Below, one piece after another: positions 26,917-37,571 of a stretch of DNA of 64,000 bases. A program made the position numbers and the translations under genes. Each line of letters begins with the position of its first letter. The first letter of the stretch is position 1. Origin of the DNA: Flavobacteriales bacterium (lineage in GTDB: Bacteria; Bacteroidota; Bacteroidia; Flavobacteriales; BACL11); contig NZRO01000051.1 in assembly GCA_002696275.1 (NCBI GenBank), positions 63,704 to 127,703 on the forward strand, in the 5' to 3' direction. The notes below the pieces were generated by a model that was given only the letters and a program-made list of their open reading frames with translations, searched no databases and was not told the origin of the DNA.

Positions 26917-27945
26917 ATGGGCAAAAATAAATCAACTCAAAGGCCTAGGCTTTTAATAATTATTTTTATTATTGGTATTTTTGTATACATTACCATTAAT
27001 ACTCAATACAATTGGGTTAGCGAACTCATATTTGATCAAGAAAAGATAGAGATTAAATCTGAACGATTTGATTTGGGTCTATTTTTATTAGACTCTTCTA
27101 ATTATGAAAAAAAATTGCTAGAATGGGAAGAGGAAAATAAAGGTTTTTTAAATTATTATTTACAAAATCATATTGGAATGTATTACGATAGGGATTCTAT
27201 GAAGAAGTCACATGTTCTTTCATTTGTTTCTCATCCTGATGCATTATTATATCAGAAAAGTATTCAAGAAAATTTTGTGGATTTGGATGTTTATACTGAA
27301 AAAATTAAAGAAGCGTTTGTGGAATATTTATCCATTTTTCCAGATTCAACAATTCCAAAAAAAATTATATATAGTAATTCGTTTAATTCATATGGAGTAG
27401 ATGTTTACAATCAGAATTTGATTGTTGGTTTAGATTTTTATCTTGGAGAATTTCATCCTGACTCAAATATCTGGGAGTATCTTAAATTAAGATATCATGA
27501 AAAATACATGATAGCAGACATAATGGAATATTGGATAACAAGCTCATTTATTCATGAAAATTCTATGGAGAGATTTCAGAATGAGCTAATTTTTAAAGGA
27601 AAGATAATCTATCTAATGGATCTAATTTTAGAGGAAGATAAGCATGTTTTGTTTAGATTTTCAGAAAAAGATTTAGAGTGGTGTAATATTCATGAATCTA
27701 ACATTTGGAATGAGATAATATCTTTAGATTTAATGTATAGTAAAGATTATAATTCTTATGCTACATTTTTCTCAGACGCTCCTTTCACTAAAGGAATGCC
27801 TAAAGAATCTCCTGCCAGATTAGGGTATTGGGTAGGTTACAAAATTATAGATTCTTATATGAGTAATAATAATGTCAGCACACAAGAGTTAATGAGTAAT
27901 ACTAATTATCAAGATATACTTTTAAAATCAAAATACAGACCATAA
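26917..27945 (+). CDS. gldB: Gliding motility protein GldB homolog
   Basis: 342 aa from the ATG at 26917; the ORF-track start at 26908 is GTG. It sits immediately upstream of gldC with a 1-nt gap. The C-terminal region reads PARLGYWVGYKIIDSYM, like GldB. There is no lipobox Cys. Confidence 0.6.
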   Translation: MGKNKSTQRPRLLIIIFIIGIFVYITINTQYNWVSELIFDQEKIEIKSERFDLGLFLLDSSNYEKKLLEWEEENKGFLNYYLQNHIGMYYDRDSMKKSHVLSFVSHPDALLYQKSIQENFVDLDVYTEKIKEAFVEYLSIFPDSTIPKKIIYSNSFNSYGVDVYNQNLIVGLDFYLGEFHPDSNIWEYLKLRYHEKYMIADIMEYWITSSFIHENSMERFQNELIFKGKIIYLMDLILEEDKHVLFRFSEKDLEWCNIHESNIWNEIISLDLMYSKDYNSYATFFSDAPFTKGMPKESPARLGYWVGYKIIDSYMSNNNVSTQELMSNTNYQDILLKSKYRP

Positions 27946-27946
27946 T

Positions 27947-28279
27947 ATGAGTAACTCAAAATTAATTTTCGACCTTGAACTAGATGTCAATAGTGTACCA
28001 GAAAGAATTATTATGAATTCTTCAGACAAGCAAGCAAAGGATGTCCATTTAAAATCTTTAATGGTAGCGGGTTGGGATTCAAAAACTAAAGAAACATTAC
28101 GAGTCGATCTTTGGACTAAAGATATGATGGTGAATGAAATGTTTATAATGTATCATCAAACATTAATGTCTATGGCGAACACTTTAGAAAAATCTACCGG
28201 TCATGATAAACTCGCTGGAGCATTAAGAGATTATTGTGATTTCTTTGCTGAACAAACTAAAATTATTGACAAAAAGTAG
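27947..28279 (+). CDS. gldC: Gliding motility-associated protein GldC
   Basis: 110 aa. The segments ...ELDVNSVPERI...WDSKTKETLRVDLWTKDMMVNEM...DYCDFFAEQ match my recollection of GldC. Confidence 0.7.
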   Translation: MSNSKLIFDLELDVNSVPERIIMNSSDKQAKDVHLKSLMVAGWDSKTKETLRVDLWTKDMMVNEMFIMYHQTLMSMANTLEKSTGHDKLAGALRDYCDFFAEQTKIIDKK

Positions 28280-28877
28280 GGTCAAACGATTTATTGTGTG
28301 TTTCAATAAAGTTTAAGATATCCTTTATTCCAGTTTTCTTTTCAGATGATGTTATAAAGATGTCTGGAGTAAATTCCCATTTTTTCAACATTTCTATTTT
28401 ATATTTTTTTAGATTCTTCCAAACCTGAGTTTGAGATAATTTATCTGTCTTTGTGAAGACCATTACAAAAGGAATTTGTTCTTTTCCCATTTTTTGCATA
28501 AATTCTAAATCAATAGTTTGTGGTTTATGTCGAATGTCTAATAATACAAACAAACACATTAGGTTCTTTCTATTGGTTAGATACTTGTTTATCATACTCT
28601 TGAACTCTTCTCTTTTTATCTTAGAAGTTGCGGCATATCCATATCCAGGTAAATCAACTAAGAACCAGTTGTTATTAATTTTAAAATGATTTATCAGTTG
28701 AGTTTTGCCTGGTTTACCTGAAGTTTTTGCTAACTCTTTTTGATTTGCTATAGCATTGATAAGTGATGATTTCCCTACATTAGATCTGCCGATAAAGGCG
28801 TATTCAGCCAGAGTTTCTTTTGGACATAATTTATAGTCTGTATTACTAACTATAAATTCCGCAGTTTTAATTTTCAT
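28263..28877 (-). CDS. engB: Ribosome-biogenesis GTPase YihA/EngB
   Basis: 204 aa. It carries G1 (GRSNVGKSSLIN), G3 (DLPGYG) and G4 (TKTDK). Its 3' end overlaps gldC convergently by 17 nt. Confidence 0.9.
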   Translation of the reverse strand: MKIKTAEFIVSNTDYKLCPKETLAEYAFIGRSNVGKSSLINAIANQKELAKTSGKPGKTQLINHFKINNNWFLVDLPGYGYAATSKIKREEFKSMINKYLTNRKNLMCLFVLLDIRHKPQTIDLEFMQKMGKEQIPFVMVFTKTDKLSQTQVWKNLKKYKIEMLKKWEFTPDIFITSSEKKTGIKDILNFIETHNKSFDPTFCQ

Positions 28878-28890
28878 AATTGGAAATCTA

Positions 28891-29673
28891 TTAAAGATTA
28901 TGATCTTTTAACCATTTTAAAACGATTTCGCTAAATCTTTTTGGGTGTTCCCACATAGCTGCATGTCCACAAAGAGGAATCCAATGAAGTTCTGATTTTT
29001 TCATTAATTTATGAAACTCTTCAGCTACATGTGGAGGAGTTACTATATCTTTTTCTCCCCAAATTAGGCAAGTTTCAATATCTAAATTTGGTAAATCATT
29101 TGACATATTATGTCTAATGGCAGACTTAGCATAACCTAATAATTTTAGTGTAGAAGTTCTTTTGTTTGCAATAGCATAAACTCTATCCACTAGTTCGTCT
29201 GTAGCTACTTTGGGATCGTAAAATACTTCTTGTGTCTTTTTTCTTATGTATTCTTTATCTCCTCTTCTAGGAAAAGTATTTCCAAGTGAGTTTTCAAATA
29301 ATCCAGAACTTCCGGTTAAGACCATTCCATCAACCATTTCTGGGTATTCTTTCGCAAAAATCAATGCTATATGTCCCCCCATAGAATTCCCAATCAAAAC
29401 CGCACTTTTTATTCCTAAATGCTTCATAAAATCAAATAGGTAGTCACTTAGGTTTTTTACAGAAACTTTCAAGATGTTTCCTTCAAATAGTTTTAAATCT
29501 AATCCATATACATGATATTCTTCTGAGATAAAATCAACCATTTCTCCAAAGTTATCCGCTCCACCCATAAGTCCGTGTAATAGAATTATTGGTTTTTCTC
29601 CGTCACCTTTATCAATCCATTTAAATTTTCCTGATTCTTTTATCATAAAGTACAACTTTGATTCTATATGCAA
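28891..29673 (-). CDS. Alpha/beta-fold hydrolase
   Basis: 260 aa. It has an oxyanion HGLMGG, a nucleophile elbow GNSMGG and a C-terminal CGHA. The true start may be the internal MIKESGKF (Met10). Confidence 0.8.
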   Translation of the reverse strand: MHIESKLYFMIKESGKFKWIDKGDGEKPIILLHGLMGGADNFGEMVDFISEEYHVYGLDLKLFEGNILKVSVKNLSDYLFDFMKHLGIKSAVLIGNSMGGHIALIFAKEYPEMVDGMVLTGSSGLFENSLGNTFPRRGDKEYIRKKTQEVFYDPKVATDELVDRVYAIANKRTSTLKLLGYAKSAIRHNMSNDLPNLDIETCLIWGEKDIVTPPHVAEEFHKLMKKSELHWIPLCGHAAMWEHPKRFSEIVLKWLKDHNL

Positions 29674-29743
29674 AAGTAAACAAATTTATTTTAATCAATT
29701 ATTACTAGAATGTTCATTTTAACCCTCTAGCAATGCTCTTAAA

Positions 29744-29790
29744 GTGGCAAAAGTTATTAACAAAGTGGTAGAATGTGGTAAAATGTGGGG
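29744..29790 (+). promoter_or_regulatory. Putative MraZ operator: four GTGG boxes, three of them phased at exactly 10 bp, in the dcw promoter region
   Basis: GTGG occurs at 29744, 29765, 29775 and 29785 (aaaGTGGta gaatGTGGta aaatGTGGgg). An imperfect -7 box, TATCTTTA (29799-29806), follows, and the mraZ ATG is at 29828. Confidence 0.6.
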
Positions 29791-29827
29791 CAAATTTGTA
29801 TCTTTACACCAAAATAAATAAGAGAAA

Positions 29828-30298
29828 ATGATGAATTTAATAGGTACATACGAATGTAAAGCAGACTCAAAGGGACGTTTTATGATGCCTTCATCATTAA
29901 AAAAACAATTGAGCTCAGTAATAAATGGTGGGTTTGTTTTGAAAAGGAGTGTGTTTAATAACTGTTTGGAATTGTATCCAATGAATGAGTGGAAATTAAT
30001 GGTTTCACAGGTAGATAAGTTAAATAGGTTTGTGAAGAAGAATAATGACTTTATAAGGTCCTATATGTCTGGTCTAAAAATGTTGGAAATTGATTCAACA
30101 GGAAGAATTCTAATTCCAAAAGATCTGATATCATTTGCTGGAATTACTAAAAATTTAGTTTTGGCATCTTCAGTAAATATGATTGAAATTTGGGATAAGT
30201 TAAAATACGAAGAAGTGGTGAAAAAATCATTAGAAGATTTTGGATCATTAGCTGAGGATGTTATGGGTAATCAAACTCATTCGGATGGCCTATCATAA
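29828..30298 (+). CDS. mraZ: Transcriptional regulator MraZ
   Basis: 156 aa. The duplicated SpoVT-AbrB halves carry DSKGRFMMPS and DSTGRILIPK motifs. Confidence 0.9.
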   Translation: MMNLIGTYECKADSKGRFMMPSSLKKQLSSVINGGFVLKRSVFNNCLELYPMNEWKLMVSQVDKLNRFVKKNNDFIRSYMSGLKMLEIDSTGRILIPKDLISFAGITKNLVLASSVNMIEIWDKLKYEEVVKKSLEDFGSLAEDVMGNQTHSDGLS

Positions 30299-31187
30299 TC
30301 CGGTATTATTAGAAGAATGTATTGAGGGATTGAAAATAAATCCCAACGGAATTTATGTGGATGTTACTTTTGGAGGAGGAGGTCATTCTAATGAAATATT
30401 AAAGAATCTAGAAAATGGTAAGTTGTATGCATTTGATAGAGATTCAGATGTAGTGAAAAATTTACCCAAAGATAAAAATTTCAAGTTGATCCAATCAAAT
30501 TATAAAAACATAAAAAGATTTTTGAGAATGGAAGGCGTAAGAAAGGTAGATGGGATTTTAGCAGATTTAGGTGTTTCTTCTCATCAGTTTGATGTAAAGG
30601 AAAGAGGCTTCTCTTTTCGATTTGATTCAGTCCTTGATATGAGAATGGACTTTTCGTCATCATTAACTGCAAGACAAGTAATAAATGAATATTCAGAAGA
30701 AGATTTAACGGATATTTTTTTTCGTTATGGAGAATTACGACAATCTAGAATTTTGTCTAGAATTATAGTACAACAAAGAGAAATAAATAAGATAGAGACT
30801 ACAACTGAATTGGTCAATATGCTTAATCATTTAGTACCAGAAAAGAAAAGAAATCAATTTTTGTCTCAGGTGTTTCAATCTATTAGAATAGAGGTTAACA
30901 ATGAAATAGAATCTTTAAAACAAATGTTAGAGGATGGGGTTGGTTTGTTAAATATAGGGGGAAGATTTGTTGTTATATCTTATCATTCTTTAGAAGACAG
31001 ATTAGTGAAGAATTTATTTAAAAGAGGTAGTCTTTCAGGTGAAATAGAGAAAGATTTTTATGGTAACATCCTAAAAGATTTAATAGAGGTGAATAGTAAA
31101 GTAATTGTAGCTTCGGAGAAAGAGAGGTTAGAAAATAGTAGATCAAGGAGTGCGAAATTGAGAATAGCTGAAAAAATAGAAAATTGA
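30285..31187 (+). CDS. rsmH: 16S rRNA (cytosine1402-N4)-methyltransferase RsmH
   Basis: It starts at the ATG at 30285 (MAYHNPVLLEE...) and has the SAM motif VDVTFGGGGHS. The ORF-track start at 30258 is a non-ATG extension. Confidence 0.9.
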   Translation: MAYHNPVLLEECIEGLKINPNGIYVDVTFGGGGHSNEILKNLENGKLYAFDRDSDVVKNLPKDKNFKLIQSNYKNIKRFLRMEGVRKVDGILADLGVSSHQFDVKERGFSFRFDSVLDMRMDFSSSLTARQVINEYSEEDLTDIFFRYGELRQSRILSRIIVQQREINKIETTTELVNMLNHLVPEKKRNQFLSQVFQSIRIEVNNEIESLKQMLEDGVGLLNIGGRFVVISYHSLEDRLVKNLFKRGSLSGEIEKDFYGNILKDLIEVNSKVIVASEKERLENSRSRSAKLRIAEKIEN

Positions 31188-31489
31188 CAAACAAATCTAA
31201 AATATTAAAAGTGAGTTTTTTTGAGAAGGGAGGTGTGTCGAATTATTTTCTATTCATCCTTTTTTTTGTTTTTCTTATTGTGATTCAGATTGGAGTTTCT
31301 TTTAAATCTGAAGATACGATTATTAGAATTAGGCAGAGTGAAAAAGAAATTTTTGATCTTGGTATGAAATCTATGTCTTTGAAGACTGATATGATGGGGA
31401 TGTATAAAAGATCTGTCATTGAAGAGAGAATTAAGGGTTCCGGATTAAAGACTTCTGATAAGTTACCTTATATAATTGAGTTGAAATAA
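31184..31489 (+). CDS. ftsL: FtsL-like single-pass cell division protein
   Basis: 101 aa with one TM segment and then a short coiled region. It lies between rsmH and ftsI. The apparent start is TTG. Confidence 0.5.
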   Translation: MTNKSKILKVSFFEKGGVSNYFLFILFFVFLIVIQIGVSFKSEDTIIRIRQSEKEIFDLGMKSMSLKTDMMGMYKRSVIEERIKGSGLKTSDKLPYIIELK

Positions 31490-33579
31490 TGAAGCAGAAA
31501 AAATCAAATAGAAATTGGACACTCATCCTAACCTTTATGACTTTGTTAGTTGTATTTATGTTTATAGGGTATAAACTATTTGATATTCAGTATAACGATA
31601 CGAATATTGTAATAACTCATGATCCTACTATTCAAATTGTAGATGCTCCTAGGGGAAATATCTTGTCTGAAGATGGAAGAATATTATCTGTTACTATGCC
31701 GGTTTATGATATTAGGCTGGACTTATTTACAATAAATAAAAAATTATTTGAGAAGGAGGTTTCGAAGCTGTCAATTGAAATCAACAAGATGTTTCCAGAT
31801 AAGTCAGCTTCCTCATATGAAAGTTTATTAAGAAGAAATAAACATAAAAGATATTTTTTATTAAAAAGAAATGTGACCTATGTTCAATTACAAGAGATGA
31901 AGAAATTTCCAATTTTCAGATTAGGAAGGAATAGAGGAGGTTTTATTCAAGAAATGAAGAGTACTAGAGATTATCCTTTTGGATCTCTTGGAAAAATAAC
32001 TGTAGGAAAAGTAAAAATATTAAAAACCTCCTCCGGTAGAGACTCGATAGTTCCTGTAAATGGTATAGAACTTGCATTTAATAAATATTTACAGGGTGTT
32101 CCAGGAAAAGAAATGAATCAAGAGATTTCTGGAAAAGTTTTAGTCCCCAAAAAATCAGATCAAAATATTCTTCCTCAACAAGGAAAGAATGTTATTACTA
32201 CTATAAATATTGAGTTTCAAGATGCGGCAGAACTAGCTTTGAAAAAGAAGTTACATGAAACAAAGGCTAAGTGGGGATGTGCTGTTTTAATGGATGTTGA
32301 AACTGGAGATATTAAGGCGATTGCAAATCTACACAGAGGAGAGGATTTTAATTATTATGATTCTAAAAACCATGCAATAGTTTCTGAGATTGCTCCTGGA
32401 TCAACATTTAAATTAGCTTCTTTTATGTCAATTCTAGAAGATAAGATTTTAGATATTACAGACACTGTAAAAACAGGTGATGGCAAGATAAAGTTTTATA
32501 CGACTACTATTTCAGATACAAGAAAAGGAGGTTATGGAGATCTAACATTTGGAGATGCTTTTGTTGTTTCTTCAAATGTCGCTATTTCTAAATTAATAAA
32601 CGAAAGCTATAAAGAAAATCCGGAGCAATTTATTTCAAATTTAAAAAGGTTTAGATTAACTGAACCTCTACAATTGCAACTTCCATACAGAAGCGAAATG
32701 ATAATGAGAAGTCCTAAGGACAAAATGTGGTCTGGAACTAGTTTACCATCTATGTCAATAGGCTATGAGATGAGTATATCTCCACTCCAGATTCTTACTT
32801 TTTATAATGCTTTTGCTAACAAAGGCAAGATGGTTTTACCAAGATTAGTTACCTCTGTAAAAATTGATGGTAATATTATAGAAAAATTCCCTGTAGAAGA
32901 GATAGAGGAGAGAATTTTTTCTGAAGAAAGTGTAAATAAACTACTTCCGTATATGGAACAGGTGGTAAGTAATCAAAGAGAAAATTGGACTTCAGATATT
33001 GTAAATGGAACAGCAAATAATATCTATACAAATAAATATAAAATAGCAGGAAAAACAGGTACTTGTAAAAATGAATATTGGAACTGGTCTAAACAAACAA
33101 AATATGAAAGATCTTATACTTCTTCATTTGCAGGATTTTTTCCTGCAGACAATCCTAAATACTCTTGTATAGTAGTCATAAATGATTTTATAGACACAAC
33201 TGATTTAAATCATTATGGAGGAGATATTGCCGCTCCAGTTTTTAGAGAGATTTCTGATAAAGTATTTGCATTTGACTCAGAAATGGAATTATTCTCCAAC
33301 ACAAGTACTAATTCTGAAAACAAAATAGAAAGAGTTTCGGTACAGAGATTAACAAGACTTGAAGAAAATATAAAAAATCGTATTCTCCAGATTATTAATG
33401 AATTAGATAAAGGTCTAATGCCAAATCTAAAAGGCATGGAATTAATGGATGTGTTGTATGTTCTGGAAAACTCTAATCTTAAATTTGAGTATGAAGGAAA
33501 AGGGAAAGTAAGTTATCAATCTATAAAGAAAGGATCAAATATTAAGAATCAAGATAAGTTAAAAATTAAATTGTTCTAA
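31489..33579 (+). CDS. ftsI: Peptidoglycan D,D-transpeptidase FtsI (class B PBP)
   Basis: 696 aa with an N-terminal TM segment. It carries SxxK (GSTFK), SxN (SSN) and KTG (AGKTGT). Confidence 0.9.
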   Translation: MKQKKSNRNWTLILTFMTLLVVFMFIGYKLFDIQYNDTNIVITHDPTIQIVDAPRGNILSEDGRILSVTMPVYDIRLDLFTINKKLFEKEVSKLSIEINKMFPDKSASSYESLLRRNKHKRYFLLKRNVTYVQLQEMKKFPIFRLGRNRGGFIQEMKSTRDYPFGSLGKITVGKVKILKTSSGRDSIVPVNGIELAFNKYLQGVPGKEMNQEISGKVLVPKKSDQNILPQQGKNVITTINIEFQDAAELALKKKLHETKAKWGCAVLMDVETGDIKAIANLHRGEDFNYYDSKNHAIVSEIAPGSTFKLASFMSILEDKILDITDTVKTGDGKIKFYTTTISDTRKGGYGDLTFGDAFVVSSNVAISKLINESYKENPEQFISNLKRFRLTEPLQLQLPYRSEMIMRSPKDKMWSGTSLPSMSIGYEMSISPLQILTFYNAFANKGKMVLPRLVTSVKIDGNIIEKFPVEEIEERIFSEESVNKLLPYMEQVVSNQRENWTSDIVNGTANNIYTNKYKIAGKTGTCKNEYWNWSKQTKYERSYTSSFAGFFPADNPKYSCIVVINDFIDTTDLNHYGGDIAAPVFREISDKVFAFDSEMELFSNTSTNSENKIERVSVQRLTRLEENIKNRILQIINELDKGLMPNLKGMELMDVLYVLENSNLKFEYEGKGKVSYQSIKKGSNIKNQDKLKIKLF

Positions 33580-35051
33580 TGAGATTAAGTGATTTGTTAT
33601 TTGGTGTTAGTATTAAAGCTGTTATAGGGGATATCTCTTCAGTCGAGGTAAATAAAATAGAGTTTGACTCAAGAAATATTAATGATTCAGATTTATTTAT
33701 TGCGATAAAAGGTATGGTTGCGGATGGTCATGACTATATATCAAAATCTATTGAATTAGGGGCTAAAAGTATCATTGTAGAAAATATCCCAAAGGAAATT
33801 ATAGATGGAATATGTTATGTAATGGTAGATAATTCCTCTTATTCAATGTCTGTTATTGCATCTAATTATTTTGACAACCCTTCCTCAAAAATTAAGTTAG
33901 TTGGTGTAACGGGTACTAACGGAAAAACTACTATTGCAACTTTATTATATCAGTTATTTTCCGATTTAGGATATGTAGCAGGACTTCTATCTACCATAGA
34001 AAATAAAATAGGAAACTATTCTGTGAAAAGTACTCATACCACTGGAGATTCTTTGCAGATTAATAAGATCTTAAATGAAATGATAGATGCAGGTTGTGAA
34101 TATTGTTTCATGGAAGTGAGTTCTCACGCTATTCATCAAAATAGGGTGTCGAATCTAAATTTTGTCGGTGGAATTTTCACCAATATTACACATGAACATT
34201 TAGATTATCATAAGAATTTTAAAGAGTATATCTCAATAAAGAAGAAATTTTTTGATGACTTAGAGTTCACATCATTTGCAATAACAAATAAAGATGATAA
34301 GAATGGCAGAATTATGTTGTCAAATACTAAAGCAAGAAAACTTACTTATAGTTTAAAATCTATGGCGGATTATAAGTGTAAACTTTTAGAAAGTAGATTA
34401 GATGGTATGATGCTTAACATTCAAAATGTTGATGTTTGGGTAAATCTTATAGGAGAATTTAATGCTTATAATCTATTAGCTATTTATGCTACTTCAGTTG
34501 AATTAGGCTTAGATTCTTCTGATGTTTTAGAAAGGATTAGTGTTTTAACTCCAGCAGAAGGAAGATTTCATACTGTTAGAAATACAGAAAATATTATTGG
34601 TATTGTAGATTATATGCACACGCCAGATGCTTATAAAAATGTTCTTTCTACTATTAATAAAATTAGGAATAATACTGAGAAACTAATAATGGTTTTTGGT
34701 TGTGGAGGAGATCGAGATCCTGAAAAAAGACCCAAAATGACATCTATTGCGTGCAATCATTCTGATCAAGTCATAATAACATCAGACAACCCTAGAACTG
34801 AAGATATAGAAACAATTATTAAGGATATGACTTCAGATTTAGATCCAATTCAAAAGAAGAAAGTACTTGTAATTACTGATAGAAGTCAGGCGATAAAAAC
34901 AGCTTGTGCTCTAGCAAAGAGTGGAGATATAGTGCTTTTAGCAGGAAAGGGTCATGAAAAATATCAAGATATAAATGGAGAAAAATATCCATTTGATGAT
35001 GTAGGGGAATTAATAGAATCTTTAAATATAAATACAGAAAATGTTATATAA
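33579..35051 (+). CDS. murE: UDP-N-acetylmuramoyl-L-alanyl-D-glutamate--2,6-diaminopimelate ligase
   Basis: 490 aa. It has the P-loop [10 protein letters not shown] and a DNPR motif (TSDNPRTED), which suggests meso-DAP specificity. Confidence 0.9.
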   Translation: MRLSDLLFGVSIKAVIGDISSVEVNKIEFDSRNINDSDLFIAIKGMVADGHDYISKSIELGAKSIIVENIPKEIIDGICYVMVDNSSYSMSVIASNYFDNPSSKIKLVGVTGTNGKTTIATLLYQLFSDLGYVAGLLSTIENKIGNYSVKSTHTTGDSLQINKILNEMIDAGCEYCFMEVSSHAIHQNRVSNLNFVGGIFTNITHEHLDYHKNFKEYISIKKKFFDDLEFTSFAITNKDDKNGRIMLSNTKARKLTYSLKSMADYKCKLLESRLDGMMLNIQNVDVWVNLIGEFNAYNLLAIYATSVELGLDSSDVLERISVLTPAEGRFHTVRNTENIIGIVDYMHTPDAYKNVLSTINKIRNNTEKLIMVFGCGGDRDPEKRPKMTSIACNHSDQVIITSDNPRTEDIETIIKDMTSDLDPIQKKKVLVITDRSQAIKTACALAKSGDIVLLAGKGHEKYQDINGEKYPFDDVGELIESLNINTENVI

Positions 35052-36252
35052 CTTATTTGAATACTTGAAAGAAGTATATGATTTTCCGGGAGCGGGAGTA
35101 TTTCAATATATATCCTTCAGATCAGCAATGGCTCTTATTACATCATTAATAGTGTCACTACTATTTGGAGGTAAAATAATCAATCTTATTAGAAATAGAC
35201 AAATTGGGGAAGAGGTTAGGCAATTAGGATTAGAAGGGGAAGAGTCAAAAAAAGGAACCCCAACTATGGGAGGTTTAATTATACTGGCTGCGATTATAAT
35301 ACCAACACTATTATTTGCTCAATTAAAAAATATTTATGTGATAATTCTTTTAATTTCAACAATCTGGTTAGGGTTTATAGGATTTCTTGACGATTATATA
35401 AAGGTTTATAAAAAAGACAAAGAGGGTCTAGCGGGTAGGTTTAAAATTCTTGGTCAAGTTGGTATTGGAATCATTGTTGCATTGTTTATGGTATTTCATC
35501 AGGATATTGTTGTTAAAGAACAAATTGATTTAAATGCTGAAAATATAATTAGTATATCAGATAAGTTGGAAAAAAGCGCAAAAACTACAATTCCATTTAT
35601 GAAAGATAATGAATTTGATTATCAGGTATTAACACAATGGTTAGGATCAACTGCCGCAGATTATTGGTGGATTGTTTTTGTGATGATTGTTGTATTTATT
35701 ATTACTGCGGTATCTAATGGAGCAAACCTCACAGACGGAGTAGATGGTTTAGCTACCGGTACTTCAGCTATTATTGGAGGAACACTTGCTGTGTTTGCAT
35801 ATGTTTCTGGAAATATTTTAGCTGCAGATTATTTAAATATTATGTATATCCCAAATATTGGAGAGATTGTAATTTTCATGTCTGCATTTGTAGGTTCTTG
35901 TGTTGGTTTTTTATGGTATAATTCATATCCAGCTCAAGTATTTATGGGAGATACAGGTAGTTTGTCCTTAGGTGGGATAATAGCGGTAGTTGCAATTTTA
36001 ATTCGAAAGGAATTACTTCTTCCAATTTTGTGTGGAATATTTCTTATAGAGAATTTATCAGTTGTATTGCAAGTAGGATGGTTCAAATATACTAAGAAGA
36101 AATATGGTGAAGGCAGAAGAATATTTAAGATGTCTCCCTTACATCATCATTATCAAAAACTAGGATATCATGAAAGTAAAATTGTTACACGTTTCTGGAT
36201 TGTAGGAATCATGTTGGCAGTGCTTACTATAGTAACACTAAAGTTAAGATAA
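35041..36252 (+). CDS. mraY: Phospho-N-acetylmuramoyl-pentapeptide transferase
   Basis: 403 aa polytopic protein. It contains [20 protein letters not shown] and the HHHY region. Confidence 0.95.
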   Translation: MLYNLFEYLKEVYDFPGAGVFQYISFRSAMALITSLIVSLLFGGKIINLIRNRQIGEEVRQLGLEGEESKKGTPTMGGLIILAAIIIPTLLFAQLKNIYVIILLISTIWLGFIGFLDDYIKVYKKDKEGLAGRFKILGQVGIGIIVALFMVFHQDIVVKEQIDLNAENIISISDKLEKSAKTTIPFMKDNEFDYQVLTQWLGSTAADYWWIVFVMIVVFIITAVSNGANLTDGVDGLATGTSAIIGGTLAVFAYVSGNILAADYLNIMYIPNIGEIVIFMSAFVGSCVGFLWYNSYPAQVFMGDTGSLSLGGIIAVVAILIRKELLLPILCGIFLIENLSVVLQVGWFKYTKKKYGEGRRIFKMSPLHHHYQKLGYHESKIVTRFWIVGIMLAVLTIVTLKLR

Positions 36253-37565
36253 TGAAAAAGTTAGTAGTACTTGGAGCGGGAGAAAGTGGTATAGGAGCAG
36301 CCTTATTGGCTAAAAAGAATAAATATGATGTGTTTGTTTCTGATAATGGAATAATCACAGAAAAGTTAGTTCTTTCAAATAATAAAATTAGATGGGAAGA
36401 AGGAGGTCATACAAAAAATGAAATCTTATCTGCAACTGAAGTAGTAAAAAGTCCAGGTATTTCAGATTCTATTGGTCTTATTCAAGATTTGAAATCACAA
36501 GGAATTCCTGTATTATCAGAAGTGGAGTTTGCTTACAGATATACTAAAGCAAAGATTATAGCGATTACAGGAACTAACGGTAAAACAACTACCACTCTGT
36601 TACTTGGACATATACTAAAGAAAGCTGGATATGATGTGTTAGTAGCGGGAAATATTGGTACCGGTTTTGCTAGATCGATTGTAGATAGAGATTATGACTT
36701 TATTGTTTTAGAATTGAGTAGTTTTCAATTAGATGGAATAAAGAAATTTAAAGCAGATATATCAATTCTTTTAAATATTGTACCAGATCATTTGTATAGA
36801 TATGGAAATGATTTTGAAAAGTATATACAATCTAAATTCAGAATAACAGAGAATCAAAAATCGGAAGATGTTCTAATCTACAACTATGATGATGAAAACA
36901 TAAGAAATAAGATAGAGACTCAAGCAAAAAAGCTTCCATTTAGTTTGTATAAAACATTTGATGAGGGAGCATTTTATAAAGATACACAAATAAATATTAA
37001 CATAAATAAAAACAAAATGACAATTCAGGAATTAGCTTTACAAGGTAAACATAATGTTTACAATTCAATGGCAGCAGCAGTAGCTTCTAGAGTTTTAGAG
37101 GTGAAAGATTTTATTACAAGACAAAGTTTGTTAGATTTCCAAAATGTAGAACATCGATTAGAACATGTAATTAATGTACATGGAATCGAATTTATAAATG
37201 ATTCTAAAGCAACAAATATAAATTCTGTCTGGTACGCATTGGAAAGTATGCATAAAAATACCGTTTGGATTGTTGGAGGTGTAGACAAGGGTAACAATTA
37301 TAGTGAGTTATTAAATCTTGTAAAGACTAAGGTTAAGGCTATAGTTTGTATTGGAGAAAATACAAAGAAAATCCATGACGCATTTGCTGATCATGTAGAT
37401 AAAATAGTTGATGCTAAATCAATGAATGAAGCCGTTGGTTTTTCATATCAGTTAGCACAAAAAGGTGATGCAGTTTTATTATCTCCAGCTTGTGCAAGTT
37501 TTGATATGTTTTCCAATTTTGAACATAGAGGATTAGAATTTAAAAAATCGGTTAGAAGTTTATAA
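36252..37565 (+). CDS. murD: UDP-N-acetylmuramoylalanine--D-glutamate ligase
   Basis: 437 aa. It has an N-terminal Rossmann motif (VLGAGESGIGAA) and the P-loop GTNGKTTT. Confidence 0.9.
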   Translation: MKKLVVLGAGESGIGAALLAKKNKYDVFVSDNGIITEKLVLSNNKIRWEEGGHTKNEILSATEVVKSPGISDSIGLIQDLKSQGIPVLSEVEFAYRYTKAKIIAITGTNGKTTTTLLLGHILKKAGYDVLVAGNIGTGFARSIVDRDYDFIVLELSSFQLDGIKKFKADISILLNIVPDHLYRYGNDFEKYIQSKFRITENQKSEDVLIYNYDDENIRNKIETQAKKLPFSLYKTFDEGAFYKDTQINININKNKMTIQELALQGKHNVYNSMAAAVASRVLEVKDFITRQSLLDFQNVEHRLEHVINVHGIEFINDSKATNINSVWYALESMHKNTVWIVGGVDKGNNYSELLNLVKTKVKAIVCIGENTKKIHDAFADHVDKIVDAKSMNEAVGFSYQLAQKGDAVLLSPACASFDMFSNFEHRGLEFKKSVRSL

Positions 37566-37571
37566 GTAAAA

